Assembly (NCBI GenBank): GCA_963811165.1
Contig: CAWEQH010000004.1
Coordinates: forward strand, 1-64,000
Direction: 5' to 3'
DNA: 64,000 nt
Source of the DNA: an uncultured Nitrospiraceae bacterium
GTDB lineage: Bacteria > Nitrospirota > Thermodesulfovibrionia > Thermodesulfovibrionales > UBA6898
Positions within the stretch are counted from its first letter, which is position 1, and each line of letters begins with the position of its first letter. Of the stretch, positions 29,792 to 41,743 are shown in pieces. The notes beneath the pieces are model-generated. The model was not told the DNA's origin and ran no database searches. It saw only the letters and a program-made list of their open reading frames with translations. Made by a program: the position numbers and the translations under genes.

Positions 29792-30154
29792 ATGCTCGAA
29801 CATCACCGTCAACCGTTGCGCAGCCGAAGGGCATTCTTAGGAAGGCAATTGCGTTACACAGGTTTCTCCCTGCTGATCCTTTCGTTTTCGATCGGGATCG
29901 GCGTGCTGGGGTATCATCTCTATGGAAACCTCCCATGGGTCGATTCTTTCCTGAACGCCTCGATGATTCTTACCGGAATGGGGCCCGTGGACAAGATGGA
30001 GACCGAGGCCGGGAAACTTTTCTCCTCGTTCTATGCATTGTTCAGCGGTATTTCCTTCCTCACGTTTGTCGGTGTCCTCTTTGCGCCTGTCTACCACCGG
30101 TTTCTGCATAAGTTCCATCTCGATATCCAGGGCAGGGGCCGGAAGCAGGACTGA
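29792..30154 (+). CDS. Small 2-TM membrane protein with ion-channel-like pore segment
   Basis: TM-WVDSFLNASMILTGMGP-GKLF-TM layout resembles a KcsA pore helix and filter. Confidence 0.65.
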   Translation: MLEHHRQPLRSRRAFLGRQLRYTGFSLLILSFSIGIGVLGYHLYGNLPWVDSFLNASMILTGMGPVDKMETEAGKLFSSFYALFSGISFLTFVGVLFAPVYHRFLHKFHLDIQGRGRKQD

Positions 30155-30179
30155 TTCAGATTATTCGGAGATGCAGCAC

Positions 30180-30321
30180 GGGGCTATTTTTTTGCTCATT
30201 CTCGTCCCGCAAGCTTGGTAGTGTTCTTAGGACCTGCCAAAATTGCGGGACTCCGAGGCAATTTCTCGACTCGCCGAAGGCGAGTCAATACGAGAAATTG
30301 AAGCCGCTCAGAAACAGCCCC
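30180..30321. repeat. Multi-hairpin intergenic element (MITE-like or structured RNA)
   Basis: Terminal GGGGCT(A/G)TTT inverted repeat enclosing two long hairpins. Confidence 0.5.
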
Positions 30322-30404
30322 ATACTGAATGTCTTCGTATCCATCCTGAAGATCGATTCGGGGGCCCGTCTGTTTTTTTTCCCCTTACGTGTTAAGATTT
30401 AACG

Positions 30405-31769
30405 ATGTCGAAAACTAAAACTTTCTTTCAGTGCCAGTCATGCGGCTACACGAGTCCGAAGTGGCTGGGGAAGTGCCCGGACTGCGGCGGCTGGAACACC
30501 CTCGTGGAGGAGAAAGCCGTACCGTCACATCGACGCACCGCGGGTAGTGATTCTTTCGGCAAGACGGAGCCCGTTGCGTTAGATGCCATCGAAGTCTCCT
30601 CCGAAAACAGGACGCTTACGGGGATGACGGAATTCGACAGGGTTCTTGGCGGCGGCATCGTTGCAGGATCGGTGGTCTTAGTAGGCGGAGACCCCGGCAT
30701 AGGAAAATCAACTCTTCTTCTTCAGACTTTTTCGGGTCTTTCGCGGACGTCAGGGAAACTCCTTTACGTATCGGGCGAAGAGTCGCCCCGGCAGATAAAG
30801 ATGAGGGCGGACAGACTCTCCGTGAACCCTGAAAATATCATCCTGCTTCCCGAGACGTCTCTTGAAGGGATACTGGAGGCTGCGGTAAAACTCTCCCCCG
30901 AGGCGATGGTCGTGGACTCCATCCAGACGGTTTTTACGCAGGAGATGCTTTCGGCGCCAGGCTCCGTGGGACAGGTGAGGGAATGCGCCGCGAAACTCAT
31001 GCTCTTCGCAAAGCGCTCCGGCATCCCGGTATTCATAGTGGGACATGTCACGAAGGAGGGCACGATCGCAGGCCCTCGTGTGCTCGAACATATCGTCGAC
31101 ACGGTGCTCTATTTTGAAGGCGACAGGGGCCACTCATACAGGATACTGCGCACGATTAAAAACAGGTTCGGGTCCACCAATGAGATCGGTGTTTTCGAGA
31201 TGTCCGACTCAGGACTCAGGGAGGTGGACAACCCCTCTGAACTTTTTCTCTCCGAGCGACCGCGGAACGTCTCGGGTTCGACGGTTGTGGCGAGCCTCGA
31301 AGGGACGAGGCCGCTCATGGTCGAGATGCAGGCGCTTGTCTCACAAACGAACTTCGGGATGCCGAGGAGGACTTCGATAGGCGTTGATTTTAACCGGGTG
31401 AACCTCCTCGTTGCGGTGCTCGAAAAAAGGGCCGGACTTCACTTAGGCGGGATGGACGTCTTCGTCAATGTAGTCGGGGGGCTGAAGATTACGGAACCCG
31501 CGGTAGACTTGGGCATTATCGCCACGATAGCCTCGTCCGCCAGGGAAAAATCCATAGACCCCAAGACCTTTGTCTTTGGCGAGGTAGGGCTTTCCGGGGA
31601 GATTCGGGCGGTTGCGCAGGCAGAGGCCAGGCTGCGGGAGGCCGCAAAGATCGGGTTTAAGAAGGCGATAATCCCCGCGGGCAACGCCGAGAAGATAAAA
31701 GAAGACCAGGGGCTGGAAATAATAGGAGTAAGAGATGTCGAGGCGTGCATTAAATCTTTTTTTGATTAG
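30405..31769 (+). CDS. radA: DNA repair protein RadA/Sms
   Basis: C4 zinc finger, GDPGIGKST, KNRFG, Lon-like C-terminus. Confidence 0.97.
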   Translation: MSKTKTFFQCQSCGYTSPKWLGKCPDCGGWNTLVEEKAVPSHRRTAGSDSFGKTEPVALDAIEVSSENRTLTGMTEFDRVLGGGIVAGSVVLVGGDPGIGKSTLLLQTFSGLSRTSGKLLYVSGEESPRQIKMRADRLSVNPENIILLPETSLEGILEAAVKLSPEAMVVDSIQTVFTQEMLSAPGSVGQVRECAAKLMLFAKRSGIPVFIVGHVTKEGTIAGPRVLEHIVDTVLYFEGDRGHSYRILRTIKNRFGSTNEIGVFEMSDSGLREVDNPSELFLSERPRNVSGSTVVASLEGTRPLMVEMQALVSQTNFGMPRRTSIGVDFNRVNLLVAVLEKRAGLHLGGMDVFVNVVGGLKITEPAVDLGIIATIASSAREKSIDPKTFVFGEVGLSGEIRAVAQAEARLREAAKIGFKKAIIPAGNAEKIKEDQGLEIIGVRDVEACIKSFFD

Positions 31770-32367
31770 CATTGTCCTCCTTTCCACCTCATGCGCGGCA
31801 AGGAAAATCGAGAAGATAGAGTTGCCGTCCTATGAGGGAAGGGCCATCAGAGAAGTCCTCTCCGAAAGAAACCGCATTCGCGATATCGAGACGAAATTTG
31901 CGGTGCTCTTCGAAAAAAAGGACTCGGAGATCAGAGGTGATGCCGCCCTTGATATCTCACAGACGGGAGACATGAGCCTTCGGGTGTATTCCCTGGGATT
32001 TCTCGCGATGGAACTCACGGCGAGGGACGGCGTGATAAAGAGTTCCCCCTCCCTCGACAAGGGCAAGAAGATCATCCTTACGCGTGGGCTCAGGGACTGC
32101 CTGTTTTGGTGGGACGTGAAGGACTTCAGTCTAATCGAGAAAAACGGCTACTATGTGCTGGAGGGTCCGGACCGGGATCTATGGGTCGATAAAAAGACCT
32201 TTCTGCCTGCGAGACAGAACATATATTTTGAGGACGGTAAAGTACTCAATGTATATTATGACGGCCCGACAAAGGAAAACGATATCTGGTACCAGTCGAA
32301 GATCAGGATCGAGTTCTTACAGTACTCCGTAACCTTTACGGTAAGGCATATGTTGTATAAGTCGTAG
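31735..32367 (+). CDS. Lipoprotein, LolB-like fold (tentative)
   Basis: Lipobox LSTSC; beta-rich body of about 200 aa. Confidence 0.55.
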   Translation: MSRRALNLFLISIVLLSTSCAARKIEKIELPSYEGRAIREVLSERNRIRDIETKFAVLFEKKDSEIRGDAALDISQTGDMSLRVYSLGFLAMELTARDGVIKSSPSLDKGKKIILTRGLRDCLFWWDVKDFSLIEKNGYYVLEGPDRDLWVDKKTFLPARQNIYFEDGKVLNVYYDGPTKENDIWYQSKIRIEFLQYSVTFTVRHMLYKS

Positions 32368-32601
32368 CGTCGTTGTCCGCCGCTTTTTTGGAAAACTGCA
32401 AAACCTACTCATTGTTTTCGAGTTCCGCTATCTCTTCGCCCGTTTTTTTGTTAAAAGTAAACTCGATGATGCCTAGCCAAAGTTTCCAACTTGACATTTT
32501 TATTATTTATGATTCAATGAAACAAAGAAACAATCACGAACAAACGCAAATCCTCAGTGAGAGGGAGAAACGATCTCGCATTTATTTTAAGGAGGTAGAT
32601 C

Positions 32602-33078
32602 ATGAAACGGAAAACGGCAATAATTGTGGCCGGTATGTTGATGATGTTCCTTACATTTTCCGGTCTTGTCGCGGCTGAGGAAAAGGAGAGGATGTGGCCG
32701 GTCGCTGTTGATGAACTGGTGGCGAAGACCATGCAGTCTGTGAAAACAGTGGATATGACCGCGTTCAAGAAAGTGGTGGACAGTAAAGAGTATGACTTGA
32801 TCATTGATGTCAGAGAAGCGGACGAGATTAGCCAGACAGGATATGTCCCTGGGGCGATCAGTATACCCAGAGGGTTTATTGAATTTAAGATATGGAAAAA
32901 AATCGGGTTTCCCGATAAAACGGACACCAAAAAGAAAATATATCTCTACTGCAAGCTCGGCGGCAGGGCTGCGCTATCTGCGAAATCTCTGCAGGACCTC
33001 GGATTCACCAATGTAATTGCTGTTAATATGACCGTTGCACACTGGATGGAAGCGGGTTATCCTCTTGTGAAGCAATGA
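32602..33078 (+). CDS. Exported rhodanese-domain sulfurtransferase
   Basis: Signal peptide; IDVRE, GYVPGA, YCKLGGR active-site loop. Confidence 0.88.
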   Translation: MKRKTAIIVAGMLMMFLTFSGLVAAEEKERMWPVAVDELVAKTMQSVKTVDMTAFKKVVDSKEYDLIIDVREADEISQTGYVPGAISIPRGFIEFKIWKKIGFPDKTDTKKKIYLYCKLGGRAALSAKSLQDLGFTNVIAVNMTVAHWMEAGYPLVKQ

Positions 33079-33236
33079 AGTGAAGGGGTCAGCATTTTCG
33101 GTAAGGAACAGTCAATTGGGGAGGTTCTGGAAGTGCGCAAGACCCAAGTAATGGCAGTGGTATTCGAGAGAGCGCTCATTATGTAATTATTTCTCGGGCA
33201 GAAGCGGCACAAAAGCGGGGAAGGGGCACGCCTGAA

Positions 33237-34052
33237 TTACGATTCCAGTCCTAAATCTACCGCAACGGCCTTGACGATCGAATCGTCTATTGCCGTGTTT
33301 TTGAATAGGAACCCCTCTAAAAGGGCGTTGTCGCAGATGGTATTGATCAGCCTCGGACTTCCGTGTGAGTAATGATAGATCAGTTTTATGGCCGATTCGG
33401 TGAACACGTCGCTACTGCCGGAGGCCACCCCCATGCGGTGTCTGATATAGTCTTTCGTGTCTTCCTCCGAGAAAGACTGCAGTTTTATCCTGACCGCCAC
33501 CCTCTGCTTAAGCGGCTCGTCAAGGGAAAGCACCTGGTCGAGCTCCGGCAGGCCGAAGAAAATGAAATTGACCATCTTGCCGGCGGTGCCTTCCATATTC
33601 AACAGTCCCCTGAACTCCTCCATTATCTCTCTTGAGTTGAGCATCTGGACTTCATCCATCAGCACGACCGCCTTTTTCCCCTCTTCATTGATATCATTAA
33701 GCCTTCTGTAGATCTGCCCGAGGAGTTCTATCTTATCGTCCGACAGGTCCGCTACGCCAAGCTGGAGCGCAAATTTCTTAAAAAGCCATTCGGAACTGAC
33801 TGAGGAATGCAGAATGACAAGCAGGGCGGCCTCATAATTTTCTTCGTCAAGTTCCTCAAGGAGCTTCCTCGCGAGGGTCGTCTTGCCCGCGCCGATATTT
33901 CCGATCACCACCGCAAGCCCCTTTTTTGTGTCGATCGCGTATTTCAGCTTCAGGATGGCCCCGGCCTGCTGGGGACTGTTGTAGTAAAACCTGCTGTCCA
34001 CCACATTCGAAAACGGGTGCTCGCTGAGTCTGTAGTATTCCAGGTAATCCAC
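33237..34052 (-). CDS. ExeA/GspA-like AAA ATPase
   Basis: Y.L..HPF N-terminus, GNIGAGKT, MDEVQ, FGLPEL, GSPRLIN. Confidence 0.88.
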   Translation of the reverse strand: MDYLEYYRLSEHPFSNVVDSRFYYNSPQQAGAILKLKYAIDTKKGLAVVIGNIGAGKTTLARKLLEELDEENYEAALLVILHSSVSSEWLFKKFALQLGVADLSDDKIELLGQIYRRLNDINEEGKKAVVLMDEVQMLNSREIMEEFRGLLNMEGTAGKMVNFIFFGLPELDQVLSLDEPLKQRVAVRIKLQSFSEEDTKDYIRHRMGVASGSSDVFTESAIKLIYHYSHGSPRLINTICDNALLEGFLFKNTAIDDSIVKAVAVDLGLES

Positions 34053-34140
34053 TTTATTCCTTTGCTAGCGAAGGATCATTCTTACACGTGTATTTTCTAA
34101 GATAATATCTTAACAGATTTTCGGAAATAACGCAGCCGGG

Positions 34141-36720
34141 TTAAAGGTAGGATACCCTGTCCTTCCTGGCCTTCGGTTTTTCCCCTTCACTGTCCTTCAT
34201 AACGCGGGCCTTGAGCTGGCTCATCTTCTCCGAGACGCTCCTGAATCTGGCGTTCCAACCAAAGACCTCGGTATACAGCTCCAGAGCTTCCTTGAGGTTA
34301 TCGTTCTTTTCATAGGCGCCTGCAAGGTCGTATTTGATCGCCCAGTAGGACTCGTCCTTGTCGCCGACTTCCTTCATGACTTTTGTCAGGACATCGATGG
34401 CAAGAGAAAAAAGGCCTTTTTCCATGTAGCAGACGCCGAGCATCGTTGAGGACTGCATAAACCTCTTCGGGTCGTTTTTCGAAGTCTGAAATTCCTTAAT
34501 CGCGTCGTCGGTCAGCCCCATCTCCTTATATGCGATACCGAGGTTGTAATGGGTCTCGGAGTCCTCGTCGCCAAGTTCCCCCGCCAGTCCTTTTTTGAAC
34601 TCCTGGAATATCTCGAGCACATCGCTGTCAAGCTCGGGTTCGGGCATTTCCTGGGCATCGACAAGGTCTTCGTCCGTGAAACTGAAATCTTCGTATTCAG
34701 TTTCCTTAGCAGGCCGCAAGACCTTTTCTCTTTCCTCGATACTCCCGGTTTCTCCTCCAGGGGGACCCTGGGATATGGGGCCCTGGGCGATGACCCCATC
34801 GGTGGAGGGTCGCTCAAATACGGGCCCGGATGACGGCGCCTCCGCGCTGACGGGCCCTTCACCAGCCGGCTCCCCGGCATCAGGCAGTTCAGCGGCGGGA
34901 AGTTCCCCTGCCGCGCTGTCTCCGAACGGTTGTTCTCCGAGGTCCTCAAAAGAAGGCGTCTGAACATCTTCTGTTTCCGCAAACTGTCCAAGTTCACCCA
35001 GCCGCGCGGCGATATCTTCGTTTTGGGGAAAAAGCCGGTGTAGTCGTTCGAGTATCTTTGCGGCATCCTGGGTCAGACCTTGACGCATATAGAAATCGGC
35101 CTCCGCAATCTCCTCTTCATAATCTTCTATTTCTCCGGCTTCTCCTTCATCGTATTCCTTGACGTCTTCGTGGGCGTAAGACGTAGGCTCTATATGGAGC
35201 TGTGATGCTCCTCTTTCCGCGAGTCTCGGGTCTTCAGGGTTAATTTCGAAAGCATCCGCGAGCATCTTTTCAGAGTTGGTCGTGTCGCCCTGCCGTTTAT
35301 AAAGTTCGTGCAAAATAATGTATTCTGTAACCAAAGACTCCTTGTCCCCTGCCTCGGCATAAAGGGTCTTGAGTTTCAAATGAAGTTCGAAGTTCTGCGG
35401 CATCCTCGGTTTCAACCCCTCGAGGATCTTGATCGCCTCGCTCAAAAGGCCGTACCTTGAGAAGACGTCAGCCTCCATAAAAAGTTCTTCGGCTGTTTTT
35501 TCTTCCCCTCTTACGCGCTCGGCAACGGCCCCTTCCCCGTCCTCCGGCCCCGCCTTCTCCTCCGGCTGCCCGCTTAATTCTTCAACCAACTCCCTCAAAT
35601 GCAAATCATTGGGGCTGATATCGAGGGCCTCCCTGTAGGAGGCAACCGCTTCTTCGATCATGCCCTTTTCTTTCAACGAGTCGCCAAGTGACGTAAGCTC
35701 CGAGACGATCTTGTCGTCTTCCCTTAGTTGCCTGTAAAGTAATACCAGTCTCTTACCTGTCTGAATGGGATCGGTTGTTTTGAAGGACTCAAGAAGACTG
35801 ACAGAGTCTTCGGGTTTCTCCTCCGCGATTATCTCATCGATTACCGGCAGGTATTCTCCCCATGCCTTTTCCACTGCTCCTTGTTTTAAATATATCTTGC
35901 CCAGAAGTTTCCGTGCACCTATATGCTTTGGCTCTATCCCTGCAACTTTGAGCAGGTAGTCTTTTGCGGCAGTGTGGTCGTTTACCGTACAGAAGAGTTC
36001 TGCACATCTGAACAGTACTCCTGCGTCTTCCGGGAAAAGGGACGCAGCCTCCTTCATACACGCTATGGCGTCTTCCATCCTGCCCGATTTTTCGTATAGG
36101 GAGCCCAGTGCCGCCGCCGCTTCTTTATGCAGCGGCTGTATCCCAAGTACTTTCTGGTAATATTCCGCGGCCTTCGCCAGGTCACCCTTTTCATCGTAGA
36201 GGGTGGCGACATAAAAATATTCTTTCGCCGCATCCGCATTCAAACCTTCTTTAATAAAGGTCTCCGCCACTTTGTTCCGTAATGGAATATTCGACGGGGA
36301 GAGAGAGAGTATCTTTTGGTAGATGTCGAGGATCCTGTCTTTCTTGCCCTCCTTCGACAGAGTGTCGGCGGTCGCAAGATAGTACTTTATGGCGTCGGTA
36401 GCGAGGCCCTTCTCCTCACTTAACTCCCCGAGAGCGTAAAGCGCGTCAGCATCGACGGCGTTTACATTCAAGACCTTCTTATAAAGGGCAAGGGCCTTGA
36501 GAGAAAACCCCTCTCGCCGGAAATAATTGGCGGCCTGATGGAAAGATTCTGCGGCTTTTTTCTTGTCACCTTTTTTGAGATAAAGATCACCGATCATATT
36601 ATGGGTGTTTCCGTCGGGAGATTCATGTAGAAGCTTTTCCCATTCGGATATGGCCTTATCGATCTGCCCCTTGGCGAGGTACTTCTGTGCTTCCTTTATT
36701 ATTGCGGTTTTATCTGCCAT
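34141..36720 (-). CDS. Large tetratricopeptide repeat protein with acidic linker
   Basis: Many TPRs; THYNLGIAYKEMG C-terminal module; ends RVSYL. Confidence 0.85.
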   Translation of the reverse strand: MADKTAIIKEAQKYLAKGQIDKAISEWEKLLHESPDGNTHNMIGDLYLKKGDKKKAAESFHQAANYFRREGFSLKALALYKKVLNVNAVDADALYALGELSEEKGLATDAIKYYLATADTLSKEGKKDRILDIYQKILSLSPSNIPLRNKVAETFIKEGLNADAAKEYFYVATLYDEKGDLAKAAEYYQKVLGIQPLHKEAAAALGSLYEKSGRMEDAIACMKEAASLFPEDAGVLFRCAELFCTVNDHTAAKDYLLKVAGIEPKHIGARKLLGKIYLKQGAVEKAWGEYLPVIDEIIAEEKPEDSVSLLESFKTTDPIQTGKRLVLLYRQLREDDKIVSELTSLGDSLKEKGMIEEAVASYREALDISPNDLHLRELVEELSGQPEEKAGPEDGEGAVAERVRGEEKTAEELFMEADVFSRYGLLSEAIKILEGLKPRMPQNFELHLKLKTLYAEAGDKESLVTEYIILHELYKRQGDTTNSEKMLADAFEINPEDPRLAERGASQLHIEPTSYAHEDVKEYDEGEAGEIEDYEEEIAEADFYMRQGLTQDAAKILERLHRLFPQNEDIAARLGELGQFAETEDVQTPSFEDLGEQPFGDSAAGELPAAELPDAGEPAGEGPVSAEAPSSGPVFERPSTDGVIAQGPISQGPPGGETGSIEEREKVLRPAKETEYEDFSFTDEDLVDAQEMPEPELDSDVLEIFQEFKKGLAGELGDEDSETHYNLGIAYKEMGLTDDAIKEFQTSKNDPKRFMQSSTMLGVCYMEKGLFSLAIDVLTKVMKEVGDKDESYWAIKYDLAGAYEKNDNLKEALELYTEVFGWNARFRSVSEKMSQLKARVMKDSEGEKPKARKDRVSYL

Positions 36721-36920
36721 TCTTCTATATCCTAATAATATCTGAGCAATTTAAAAAGTGTCAATAATACGATAACTTAGAACAGTATCCGCAAGTGAAA
36801 CACCCCCTCTTCTTCCATCTGCGGCGAACCCGTCGAATATTGTCGACGCATCCTATATTTCATAATTATAACCTCAAAGGCCTCTATTTGACACCCTTTT
36901 GGGTTTTATGGTTAAATATT

Positions 36921-36957
36921 TTGCCTTTAAAATAGCCCCGTGAGGTTAAAAAGGCAA
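36921..36957 (+). promoter_or_regulatory. PyrR-binding RNA element in the pyr operon leader
   Basis: TTGCCTTTAA-AATAGCCCCGTGAGGTT-AAAAAGGCAA resembles CCUUUAA...ARUCCNGNGAGGYU...AAGG; follows TTGACA at 36888. Confidence 0.75.
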
Positions 36958-37056
36958 AGGAGTCAGTCATCGTGCGCTTCAACCAAGACAAATCCGTACC
37001 AATGCTTTCCCAATCGTCTGAAGGCATTTCCCCCGGTATCACTATCTATTCAGTAA

Positions 37057-38539
<1,483 letters not shown>

Positions 38540-38543
<4 letters not shown>

Positions 38544-39841
38544 AGATCGCGATAAGCAACGGGCGGGTAATAGACCCGTCGCAGGGGATCGACGAAATCT
38601 GCGACGTCTTGATAGAGGACGGAAAGATAAAGGAAGTGCGAAAGTCCAAAGGCGCAGAAGTCAAGGCGAAGAAAACAAACTCGCCGGCTCAAAAGATCAT
38701 CGATGCAAGCGGGATGCTTGTTGTCCCGGGGCTGGTCGATATGCATGTCCATCTCAGGGAGCCGGGATTCGAGTACAAAGAGACGATAAAGACAGGGACA
38801 GAGGCGGCGGTAAGAGGCGGGGTCACTTCCTTATGCTGCATGCCGAACACTAACCCTGTAAACGATAACTCGAGTGTGACCGAGTTCATAATGAGAAAGG
38901 CGGCCCACGAAGGCGCGTGCCGCGTCTATCCCATAGGTGCCATCACGAAGGGGCAAAGGGGAGAAGAACTGGCCGAAATGGGCATGATGCATGAGGCCGG
39001 GTGTGTCGCTTTTTCGGATGATGGAAGGCCGGTTATGGACAGCCTGGTGATGCGAAGGGCGCTTGAGTATTCGAAGGTCCTGAATGTTCCCGTCATATCC
39101 CATTCCGAAGACCTTACCCTGTCTTCGGGAGGTGTGATGAACGAGGGTCTTTTGGCAGTAACGCTCGGGCTGAAGGGCATTCCGGCACAGGCCGAAGAGA
39201 TCATGGTCGCAAGGGACATCGCGCTTGCAGAGCTCACGGGCGGGCGGATGCATATCGCGCATATATCCACGGAAGGATCGGTCGAGCTTATCAGGGCCGC
39301 CAAAAAGCGGGGGCTTGCCGATATCACCGCCGAAACGTGTCCTCATTATTTCAGCATCACAGAGGAAGCTGTCGGAAACTATAATACCTGTGCGAAAGTC
39401 AATCCGCCGCTGAGGAGGAAAAGAGATGTAGAGGCGGTCAAAAGAGGGCTTCAGGACGGCACCATTGATGTGATCGCCACGGACCATGCCCCTCATCACA
39501 TGGACGAGAAACTCGGGGAGTTCGACTCAGCGCCCTCGGGTATATCCGGATTGGAGACGTCGATAGGGTTGAGCATGAGACTTGTGGATGAAGGGGCCCT
39601 TACGCTTTCGGGACTCATCGGGAAAATGGCGCTCAATCCCTCAATGATAATGGGGATCAAGGGGGGCACGCTCAAACCCGGCGCCGACGCGGACCTGGTG
39701 GTGATTGAAACCGGGAACGAATATAAGGTAGACACGGCACATTTCAGATCGAAAGGGAAGAACACGCCATTTGAGGGGCTGACGCTCAGGGCTAAACCGG
39801 TTGTCACAATCACTCTTGGAAGGACATACGAATGGGAATGA
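38540..39841 (+). CDS. pyrC: Dihydroorotase
   Basis: [21 protein letters not shown]. Confidence 0.97.
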
Positions 39842-40953
39842 AGGCGTTATTGGTGCTCACCGACGGGACGGTCTTTGAAGGCAGGGGGTTCGGCGCCGAA
39901 GGCGAGACGATGGGAGAAGTTGTCTTCAATACCTCCATGACCGGATATCAGGAGATCCTTACCGATGCGTCTTATAAAGGGCAGATCGTGACGATGACCT
40001 ATCCGCAGATAGGCAATTACGGGATAAACGAGGAGGACATCGAATCCGAAGGAGGTATAAAGGCGGAAGGGTTTATTGTTAAGGAGGCATGTGATTTCCC
40101 GAGTAACTGGCGCTCTTTGGGGAGCCTCATCGACTATATGAAAAGGTCCAATGTCGTGGGCATCCAGGGGATCGACACGCGGGCGCTGACGAGACACCTG
40201 AGAAACCACGGGGCCCAGATGGGGATCATATCCACGCTGGAGCCGGACCCTGCGGCGCTTCTTCAAAAGGTCAGGTCCCGTCCCGGCATTTCTGCCTTTG
40301 ACCTGGTAAAGGACGTCACCACGAAGGACATATATCGCTGGGAAGAGGGCTGCTGGAAGTGGTGTGTCGTGGAAAAGAAAATGGCGCACGCCGGGGTCGT
40401 TGTGTATGACTTCGGGATCAAATATAACATCCTGAGGAATCTTGTTGAGGCAGGGTTCGGAGTGACTGTCGTGCCGGCGCGTACGCCCGCTGAGGCGGTG
40501 ATCGAGATGGACCCCGACGGCATAATCTTAAGTAACGGTCCGGGTGACCCCGAGACCGTAACTTACGGGATAGAGAACGCAAAGAAGCTTATGGGGAAGA
40601 AGCCGATATTCGGCATCTGCCTCGGACATCAGATACTGGGGCTTGCTATGGGAGGGAATACCTATAAACTCAAATTCGGGCATCACGGCGGCAACCATCC
40701 GGTGAAGGACCTCTCTACCGGCCGGGTGGAAATCACCTCGCAAAACCATAATTATTGTGTGGATATAAAGAGCCTTCACGGGCAGGCGAAGCTCACTCAT
40801 ACGAACCTCTATGACGGGACCGAAGAGGGCATGCGGCATGTGGAACTACCGATCTTTTCAGTCCAGCATCATCCTGAGGCAGGGCCCGGGCCGAACGATT
40901 CGGTCCATCTCTTTAGGAGGTTCAGAGACCTGGTCGAGGGTTCCGCAGCATAA
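39838..40953 (+). CDS. carA: Carbamoyl-phosphate synthase small subunit
   Basis: GEVVFNT, SNGPGDP, GICLGHQ, HHPEA. Confidence 0.98.
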   Translation: MKALLVLTDGTVFEGRGFGAEGETMGEVVFNTSMTGYQEILTDASYKGQIVTMTYPQIGNYGINEEDIESEGGIKAEGFIVKEACDFPSNWRSLGSLIDYMKRSNVVGIQGIDTRALTRHLRNHGAQMGIISTLEPDPAALLQKVRSRPGISAFDLVKDVTTKDIYRWEEGCWKWCVVEKKMAHAGVVVYDFGIKYNILRNLVEAGFGVTVVPARTPAEAVIEMDPDGIILSNGPGDPETVTYGIENAKKLMGKKPIFGICLGHQILGLAMGGNTYKLKFGHHGGNHPVKDLSTGRVEITSQNHNYCVDIKSLHGQAKLTHTNLYDGTEEGMRHVELPIFSVQHHPEAGPGPNDSVHLFRRFRDLVEGSAA

Positions 40954-41561
40954 TGGCGGTCCGGGAAAAAAGATATAAGACAGAGAGGACGGACTCTCTG
41001 CTTTTGTTCAGGACGGAAAATTTCTCGGCGGAGAGGGATAGTGTTTTGCACAAGGGAATTTATAATAAAGAGTTTGCATCCGTGCTCTCTGCCCTTGCCT
41101 TAGCCGGCCTTATATACGCGGCGCTGGCGATGCAGCAAAAAAGGACGATACTGCCGCATATTGCATTTGCCGTCATCTTTATCGGAGGCTATCCGCTCTT
41201 CAGGACGTTTGTCTTTAAGGACAGATACCTGGAGGCCCTCTTCGATCTCTCTAAAGGACTGGCGGAGATATCCGTTTCCGGTCTGCTGGGGAAGAAGACA
41301 GAGAGTCTCCCGCTTTCTTCGGTGAAGAACGTACTGATAGAAAGCAAAAAGCTAGGGGTCGAAAACCCTGACGCTGTCGAGTTCGTGGAAAAGATTTCAG
41401 CGCAGCACGGGACGGTCATCCCAGGGTTCGGCGTCGAGAAGACCTTCTTTATGCTGAAGGTGATACTCGCTGACGGCAGCGACAGGATGATTTATGCGGA
41501 CACGGAGATGCAGGATGTGATGGCTGCGCATGAGGAGATAAAGGGGTTTCTGAAATTATGA
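40953..41561 (+). CDS. Hypothetical 2-TM membrane protein within the pyr operon
   Basis: Translationally coupled to carA (TAATG); two hydrophobic segments. Confidence 0.7.
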   Translation: MAVREKRYKTERTDSLLLFRTENFSAERDSVLHKGIYNKEFASVLSALALAGLIYAALAMQQKRTILPHIAFAVIFIGGYPLFRTFVFKDRYLEALFDLSKGLAEISVSGLLGKKTESLPLSSVKNVLIESKKLGVENPDAVEFVEKISAQHGTVIPGFGVEKTFFMLKVILADGSDRMIYADTEMQDVMAAHEEIKGFLKL

Positions 41562-41570
41562 GTCCGATTT

Positions 41571-41695
41571 GTCATTCCCGCAAGCGACGTACGTCGGGAA
41601 TCCAACCCCCCTCTACCCCCCTTATCAAGGGGGAAGGGGCGGATCCTCCCTGATAAGGGGAGGCAGGGAGGGGTTATCGGACAAGCCGGAATGAC
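41571..41695. repeat. Composite REP-like element: GTCATTCCCGCAAG family carrying a nested CCCCTT-n-AAGGGG element (41604-41675)
   Basis: Ends match 11751-11833; interior matches 15094-15170 and 50111-50186. Confidence 0.7.
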
Positions 41696-41743
41696 GGAAG
41701 GCTTTAGACAGCATTGTTAATAAAATACTGATACGAGGTTAAC

